The position numbers and the translations under genes are program-made. The notes below the pieces were generated by a model, which saw nothing but the letters and a program-made list of their open reading frames with translations, ran no database searches and had not been told where the DNA came from. From the NCBI GenBank assembly GCA_030748555.1, contig JASMLT010000001.1:34914-98913 (forward strand): a DNA stretch of 64,000 bases, written 5' to 3'. The stretch comes from Acidimicrobiales bacterium (lineage in GTDB: Bacteria; Actinomycetota; Acidimicrobiia; Acidimicrobiales; MedAcidi-G1). Of the stretch, positions 58,625-64,000 are shown piece after piece (position 1 is the stretch's first letter; every line of letters begins with the position of its first letter).

Positions 58625-61069
58625 ATGAAAGAAAAAGCTGAAGTAGTAGTTATAGGTGGAGGCGTTGTCGGTTGTAGCGTGCTGTATCACTTAACCAAGG
58701 CCGGTTGCACTGACGTAGTACTTCTGGAGAGAAAAGAACTTACAGCAGGCTCAACCTGGCACGCAGCCGGAGGCATGCACACTCTGAATGGAGATCCGAA
58801 CGTCGCCGCACTTCAAAGGTACACAATAAAGCTCTATGAAGAACTTGAAGAATTAACTGGAGTCGATTGTGGAATACATCTGACTGGCGAATTGATGTTG
58901 GCAGATAATGAAGACAGATTGGATTGGCTGAAAATGGCTCATGCCCGCGGTAGGTATATGGGCATGGAAACAGAAATAATTTCAACTTCAGAAGCAAAAA
59001 ATCTTGTCCCTTTTCTAGAAGAACAATATTTTGTAGGTGCTCTTTGGGATCCAGTCGGTGGGCACGTCGACCCTTCAGGTGTCACAAACGCTTACGCTTC
59101 TGCAGCAAGGTCTTTAGGGGCTGAAATTGAAAGAAATACATGGGTAGAAGAAATATCTCAACAACCTGACGGCACTTGGGACCTTTTAACAGACAAGGGA
59201 ATAATAAATTGTGAAAATTTTGTAAACGCTGGAGGATTGTGGGCTAGAGAAGTTGGTCGGATGTGTGGCATTGAACTTCCGGTTCAAGCAATGGAACACA
59301 TGTACTTTCTCACTGAAGAATTACCTGAAATTGAACCGTGGCTTGAAGAAAATGATGGCCACGGTCGAGGAGTCATTGACTTCAGCGGAGAAATTTACTT
59401 AAGAGCCGAGGGTAAAAGCCTTCTGCTTGGAACCTACGAACAAGCATGCGTGCCTTGGCAAACTAAATCGACCCCTTGGGATTTTGGTGCCCAACTTCTC
59501 ACCCCTGACCTGGAAAGACTCACCCCTTCCCTCGAAGTAGGGTTTTCGCATTTCCCCATTTATGCAGATGCCGGTATTAAACAAGTAATTAATGGACCAT
59601 TTACATTCGCTCCTGACGGCAATCCTTTAATTGGCCCCATAAGGGGACAAAGGGGTCACTGGGTTGCTTGTGGCGTAATGGCTGGGCTCAGCCAAGGTGG
59701 AGGCGTCGGACTGGCTATGGCGAATTGGATTACTACTGGTGATCCGGGTTTTGATGTTTGGGGAATGGATGTTTCACGTTTTGGCGATTGGACGACTCCC
59801 GACTATACGTTGACAAAAGTAATCGAGAACTACACCAGACGCTTCAAGATAAGTTTCCCTAATGAAGAACTGCCTGCAGGTAGACCACTTCATACTTCAC
59901 CAATCTTCAACAAACTAACTGATGCAAATGCCGTGTGGGGCGCCGCGTACGGACTTGAATACCCTCTCTGGTTTCAAAAAATTGGAAAAGAACCTATAGA
60001 AGAAGTCACCTTCAAACGATCTAATGCTTTCCCCGTGGTAGCTGAAGAAGTGAGAGGAGTGCGCGAAAATGTCGGGCTTATGGAAATAACAGGTTTTGCA
60101 AAACATGAATTTAGTGGAACTGGTGCAAGGGAGTTTTTAGAAAAACTACTAACCAACAGAATTCCTGAAAATGGTCGGATAGCCCTAGCCCCGATGTTAA
60201 ACAAGGCAGGGAAACTTATAGGAGACTTCACTGTGGCATCACTTACTGATCAGATTACAGAAGAAGAAAAATTCATTTTGTTTGGTTCAGGAATTGCTGA
60301 GGGCTACCACCAGAGGTGGTTTCTTGAATATATCGACAATGACCCAAACATTCGTTATAAGCCAATAGGTAATGATATGACTGGCTTGTCGATTGCAGGT
60401 CCTTCTTCCAGAGACATTCTAAGTTCCATAGCAAACGAAGACGTATCATCTGAAAGCTTCAGATTCTTAGACATTAAAAATATGGCAATCGGAATGATCC
60501 CCTCTCTAGTAGGAAGAATAACTTTTACAGGCGACCTTGGTTACGAAATATGGGTCCCGTCGTCACTTCAATCACAACTTTATGACCTTCTGACTGATGT
60601 TGGAAAAGAATTCGATATGAGTCTTTTTGGACTACGCGCGTTGGACAGTATGCGGTTTGATAAAAACTTTGGTTCTTGGGCCACTGAATACAGGCCTATT
60701 TACGATCCTCTAGAAGCTGGACTGGACAATTTCGTAAAATTCGATAAAGGGAACTTTGTAGGCAAAGAGTCACTTGCAGAGGTATTGGAATCAGGACCAA
60801 AGAGAAAACTCAGCGCTTTCGTCGTTGATACCGACAACTCTGATGTGCTCGGTGATGAACCCATTTGGCATGACGGAAAAGTTGTGGGTTGGGCCACCTC
60901 CGGAGGGTATGCACATTGGTCGAAAGCATCATGTGCGCTCGGTTACCTTCCTTCAGAGCTTTCAGATGTGAATGAAGGATTTGAAATAGAAGTATTGGGA
61001 ACACTCCGTGAAGCAAAACGGATAAATGAACCACTATTCGATCCTAAAGGGTCGCGGATGCGTAGCTGA
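58625..61069 (+). CDS. Dimethylglycine/sarcosine dehydrogenase-like FAD oxidoreductase with GcvT folate-binding domain
   Basis: GGGVVG, GSTWHAAG (covalent FAD His), NGPFTFAPDG, FTGDLGYEIW, TSGGY; 814 aa. Confidence 0.92.
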   Translation: MKEKAEVVVIGGGVVGCSVLYHLTKAGCTDVVLLERKELTAGSTWHAAGGMHTLNGDPNVAALQRYTIKLYEELEELTGVDCGIHLTGELMLADNEDRLDWLKMAHARGRYMGMETEIISTSEAKNLVPFLEEQYFVGALWDPVGGHVDPSGVTNAYASAARSLGAEIERNTWVEEISQQPDGTWDLLTDKGIINCENFVNAGGLWAREVGRMCGIELPVQAMEHMYFLTEELPEIEPWLEENDGHGRGVIDFSGEIYLRAEGKSLLLGTYEQACVPWQTKSTPWDFGAQLLTPDLERLTPSLEVGFSHFPIYADAGIKQVINGPFTFAPDGNPLIGPIRGQRGHWVACGVMAGLSQGGGVGLAMANWITTGDPGFDVWGMDVSRFGDWTTPDYTLTKVIENYTRRFKISFPNEELPAGRPLHTSPIFNKLTDANAVWGAAYGLEYPLWFQKIGKEPIEEVTFKRSNAFPVVAEEVRGVRENVGLMEITGFAKHEFSGTGAREFLEKLLTNRIPENGRIALAPMLNKAGKLIGDFTVASLTDQITEEEKFILFGSGIAEGYHQRWFLEYIDNDPNIRYKPIGNDMTGLSIAGPSSRDILSSIANEDVSSESFRFLDIKNMAIGMIPSLVGRITFTGDLGYEIWVPSSLQSQLYDLLTDVGKEFDMSLFGLRALDSMRFDKNFGSWATEYRPIYDPLEAGLDNFVKFDKGNFVGKESLAEVLESGPKRKLSAFVVDTDNSDVLGDEPIWHDGKVVGWATSGGYAHWSKASCALGYLPSELSDVNEGFEIEVLGTLREAKRINEPLFDPKGSRMRS

Positions 61070-61083
61070 GGAAATTAGATTAC

Positions 61084-62397
61084 ATGGGAGCACATAACAA
61101 AATTTCTGAAGACCCCAACGATCCACTTATACGTAAGGCTTCAACCACAGGGCACAGAATGGTACTTGGCCCTGGTGAACCTGCACTAAGTGAATGGGCT
61201 GAAGCAAAACTTTCGTTGCCCGATCAGAAAGCAATGATGGAATACAGGGTGAAAAGAATCCGCTCTGAACTCGAAAAAGCTGACCTGGCAGGAATTTTAC
61301 TTTTTGACCCGATGAACCAGATGTACGCGACTTATTCACCAAACATGCAGTTGTGGATCACCCATAACCCTTCTAGATATGTTTTCTTGGCGACAGACGG
61401 TCCGCTTATTCAATTTGATTACCCGAACTGTGAATTTTTATCAGCTCACAACCATCTAGTTGATGAAGTCAGACCTGCAACAACTTTCTTCTATTTCGTC
61501 GCAGGAGACCGAGTTGAAGAACAGGCGCAAAAATTTGCTTCAGAAATAGCTGATCTGATTAAAACTCATGGTGGTGGAAACCGTCGTTTAGCAGTTGACG
61601 TAACCACAATTGCAGGGAACCAGGCTCTTCAACAGGCAGGTTTAGATTTGGTCGAAGGCACTGAGATCATGGAATCAGCTCGAATGATCAAATCACATGA
61701 TGAAATCACTGCCATGAGATGTTCTGTGGAAACGACTCGAGTTGCCTGTCAGAAGACATTTGAAGCAATGAAACCAGGTATGACCGAAAATCAACTCTGG
61801 GCTGTCATGTGGTCAGAAATGCTTTCTCGACATGGGGAATGGATGGAGTGCAGGCTTCTTTCAGCAGGGGAAAGAACTAACCCTTGGTTCCAAGAGTCAA
61901 GTAGTAATGTCATCAACGAAGGCGATCTTGTGGCCTTCGACACGGACTTTGTTGGCCCGTACTCAATGATGACAGATATCTCAAGGACTTGGATCTGTGG
62001 AGACGCTAAACCAAACAAACAGCAAAGAGAAGTTCACTCATTGGCTATCGAACAGATGCACAAAAACATGGAGTTGCTGACTCCTGGAACTACCTTCTAT
62101 GAGCTAACCCATAACTCGTGGACTCCTCCAGTTGAAGATTACCGCCATTATTCATGCCTATTTCACGGGGTGGGCCAGTGTGATGAGTATCCAGACATTG
62201 TTTTCCCAGGTGCTTGGGAGGAATCCGGGTACGACGGAGTTCTGATGCCAGGAATGGTGCTCACCGTTGAAGCCTATGTTGGATCACGCTCGGGTGGTCA
62301 AGGAGTGAAATTAGAAGACCAGGTATTAATCACTGAAAATGGTTACGAAAATCTTTCCGCGTGGACTCTGGATCTCGAAAAATTTGAGAGACTTTAG
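61084..62397 (+). CDS. dddP: DMSP lyase DddP (M24 metallopeptidase fold)
   Basis: NMQLW..HN..RY, EW.E.RLL..G.RTNPWFQE, FDTD...DISRTW, YSCLFHGVGQCDEYP, VEAYVG, VKLEDQ. These DddP-type motifs include the metal ligands and the catalytic Asp of the CDE motif. Confidence 0.82.
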   Translation: MGAHNKISEDPNDPLIRKASTTGHRMVLGPGEPALSEWAEAKLSLPDQKAMMEYRVKRIRSELEKADLAGILLFDPMNQMYATYSPNMQLWITHNPSRYVFLATDGPLIQFDYPNCEFLSAHNHLVDEVRPATTFFYFVAGDRVEEQAQKFASEIADLIKTHGGGNRRLAVDVTTIAGNQALQQAGLDLVEGTEIMESARMIKSHDEITAMRCSVETTRVACQKTFEAMKPGMTENQLWAVMWSEMLSRHGEWMECRLLSAGERTNPWFQESSSNVINEGDLVAFDTDFVGPYSMMTDISRTWICGDAKPNKQQREVHSLAIEQMHKNMELLTPGTTFYELTHNSWTPPVEDYRHYSCLFHGVGQCDEYPDIVFPGAWEESGYDGVLMPGMVLTVEAYVGSRSGGQGVKLEDQVLITENGYENLSAWTLDLEKFERL

Positions 62398-62465
62398 ATT
62401 CTTAAATGAATTTTTCATAATGGGTTGTATCGTCAGCAAATAGAAATACTAAATGGAGGTCAGTA

Positions 62466-63401
62466 ATGAATAAATCTTGTGAAAATCGAGTAGCAATTGT
62501 CACCGGTGCTGGAAGAGGGATAGGACGCGAGCATGCACTTATGCTTGCCAGCGAAGGTGCCAAAGTAGTGGTCAATGACCTCGGAGGAGATGAATCGGGG
62601 CACGGTGCAGATCTCAGTCCGGCTCAAGAAGTAGTAAATGAGATTGTAGACATGGGTGGTGAAGCGATAGTCAATGGGTGCAATGTTGCCGATTTTGATG
62701 CTGCGGGAGCGATGGTACAAGAAGCGATTGATAAATGGGGTCGAATAGACATACTTATAAACAACGCTGGGATCCTCAGAGACCGAATGCTGTTTTCAAT
62801 GTCTGAAGACGACTGGGATTCAGTCATAAATGTTCACTTAAAAGGAACTTTTGCTCCGACTCACCACGCTTCGGTTTTTTGGAGAGAAACTGTTAAAGCA
62901 GGTGGTGAAACTTTTGGACGTGTGATTAACACCTCATCGCCTTCGGGTATTTACGGAAACGTCGGTCAAACTAACTATGGTGCTGCAAAAGCTGGAATCG
63001 CTGCCTTTAGTGTTATTGCTGCACAAGAACTTTTTAAGTACGGAGTGACAGTTAATTGCTTAGCTCCAACAGCAATCTCCCGTCTTACCGAACCCTTGAT
63101 GGGGGGAACTGACGGAGTTAGCGATGAAATTCGTGAATCAATGTCGCCTAGATGGATTGCTCTAATCGCAACTTGGCTTTGCAGTGAACAAGCACAAAAT
63201 GTGACCGGTCGCGTGTTTGACATCCGTGGCGACAAACTTGGTATTGCTGAAGGATGGCATCTTGGTCCAAGCGAAACTCAGGGGGATGAACCATCAGAAC
63301 TTGACGACGTAGTGAAGACTCTGATGGAAAAAGCAAGACTGAATGCTGACATGTCAGGTCGAGATCGCGAAGGTCCGGGTTTTCCTCCGAACACAATCTG
63401 A
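62466..63401 (+). CDS. Short-chain dehydrogenase (3-hydroxyacyl-CoA dehydrogenase / MFE2-like)
   Basis: TGAGRGIG, VVVNDLG, NNAGILRD, VHLKG, YGAAK. Confidence 0.9.
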   Translation: MNKSCENRVAIVTGAGRGIGREHALMLASEGAKVVVNDLGGDESGHGADLSPAQEVVNEIVDMGGEAIVNGCNVADFDAAGAMVQEAIDKWGRIDILINNAGILRDRMLFSMSEDDWDSVINVHLKGTFAPTHHASVFWRETVKAGGETFGRVINTSSPSGIYGNVGQTNYGAAKAGIAAFSVIAAQELFKYGVTVNCLAPTAISRLTEPLMGGTDGVSDEIRESMSPRWIALIATWLCSEQAQNVTGRVFDIRGDKLGIAEGWHLGPSETQGDEPSELDDVVKTLMEKARLNADMSGRDREGPGFPPNTI

Positions 63402-63410
63402 AGTCTGGAT

Positions 63411-64000
63411 TCAGAAACCTTTAAATTCTGCAGAACGTTTTTCTATCCACGCTAAAGCGGCTTCTTTAATGTCTTCTGTCTCGAAGTTAACCGATTGCGC
63501 TTGAGCTTCAGCTTCGAGGGATTGGCTTAAAGAGGAGGTGATTCCAGCATTTAACAGTTTTTTACTCATCGAAAGCGCAATTGGTGGTCCCGAAGCCAAA
63601 CGATCAGCAAAATCTTGAACAGTGCTGTCGAGTTCTTCCTCTGCAACTATTCGATTCACTAAGCCGATGCGGTCAGCCTCTGCAGAATCTATTACATCAG
63701 CCAGCAAAACCAATTCCTTAGCCCGATGTAAACCTATTTGTCTCGGCAATAGCCAGGATCCACCGAAATCAATAGATAATCCTCTACGTGCAAAAATCTC
63801 TGAAAATCTAGCTGTCTCCGAAGCAATGAGAATATCGCAACCTAATGCTAGATTCATCCCAGCCCCTGCTGCTACACCTCTTATTTTTGCGACCACAGGA
63901 TGCGGGATTTCATTTAGGGCGAGAACTGACTCACTGATCTGCCTCATATTCTTTATATGTACATGTTTTTTTCCAGAGTTTGCTTGACTTCCTTGTCCGC
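63411..64000 (-). CDS. Enoyl-CoA hydratase/isomerase (PaaG-like), 5' end outside window
   Basis: AAGAGMNLALGCD, FARRGL.IDFGG; the frame stays open from the track start (63947) to the window edge. Confidence 0.88.
   Translation of the reverse strand, partial: GQGSQANSGKKHVHIKNMRQISESVLALNEIPHPVVAKIRGVAAGAGMNLALGCDILIASETARFSEIFARRGLSIDFGGSWLLPRQIGLHRAKELVLLADVIDSAEADRIGLVNRIVAEEELDSTVQDFADRLASGPPIALSMSKKLLNAGITSSLSQSLEAEAQAQSVNFETEDIKEAALAWIEKRSAEFKGF

Noticed and set aside
58625-61069. DMSP demethylase DmdA
   Set aside because: The protein is 814 aa with an N-terminal FAD domain, whereas DmdA is a stand-alone GcvT-like protein of about half that size.
134-63987. The many 60-180 aa ORFs overlapping larger genes in the track (e.g. 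21021..21557, 23779..24288, 32324..32860, 51753..52403)
   Set aside because: They lie antisense or out of frame within well-supported genes and show no recognisable motifs.

Overview
Gene-dense chromosomal segment with no mobile element, CRISPR array, tRNA or rRNA detected by eye. The gene content (three LLM/F420-type oxidoreductases, type-2 IleRS and ValRS, FadD3-like ligase, DtxR/IdeR regulator, many apparently leaderless genes) combined with an AT-rich composition points to a streamlined low-GC actinobacterium, most plausibly marine Acidimicrobiia (inference). Main loci are ileS; class Ia nrdAB; a tandem pair of Tat-exported, C-tail-anchored PhoX-family proteins; mutA-mutB-meaB; a DtxR-box-controlled Fe(III) ABC locus with a divergent FetB-like permease; lipid/acyl-CoA and kynurenine-related catabolic genes; valS; modABC with a TOBE regulator; and a cluster of Zn-ADH, enolase-superfamily enzyme, non-Pyl MttB, DMGDH-like flavoprotein and DddP. 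Two observations stand out. First, one PhoX copy keeps the Fe/Ca ligand motifs while its intact neighbour has most of them replaced (candidate enzyme plus pseudo-enzyme pair). Second, the DddP-containing cluster may encode catabolism of an uncharacterised methyl-sulfonium or betaine osmolyte. All calls come from reading motifs by eye; no database searches were run.
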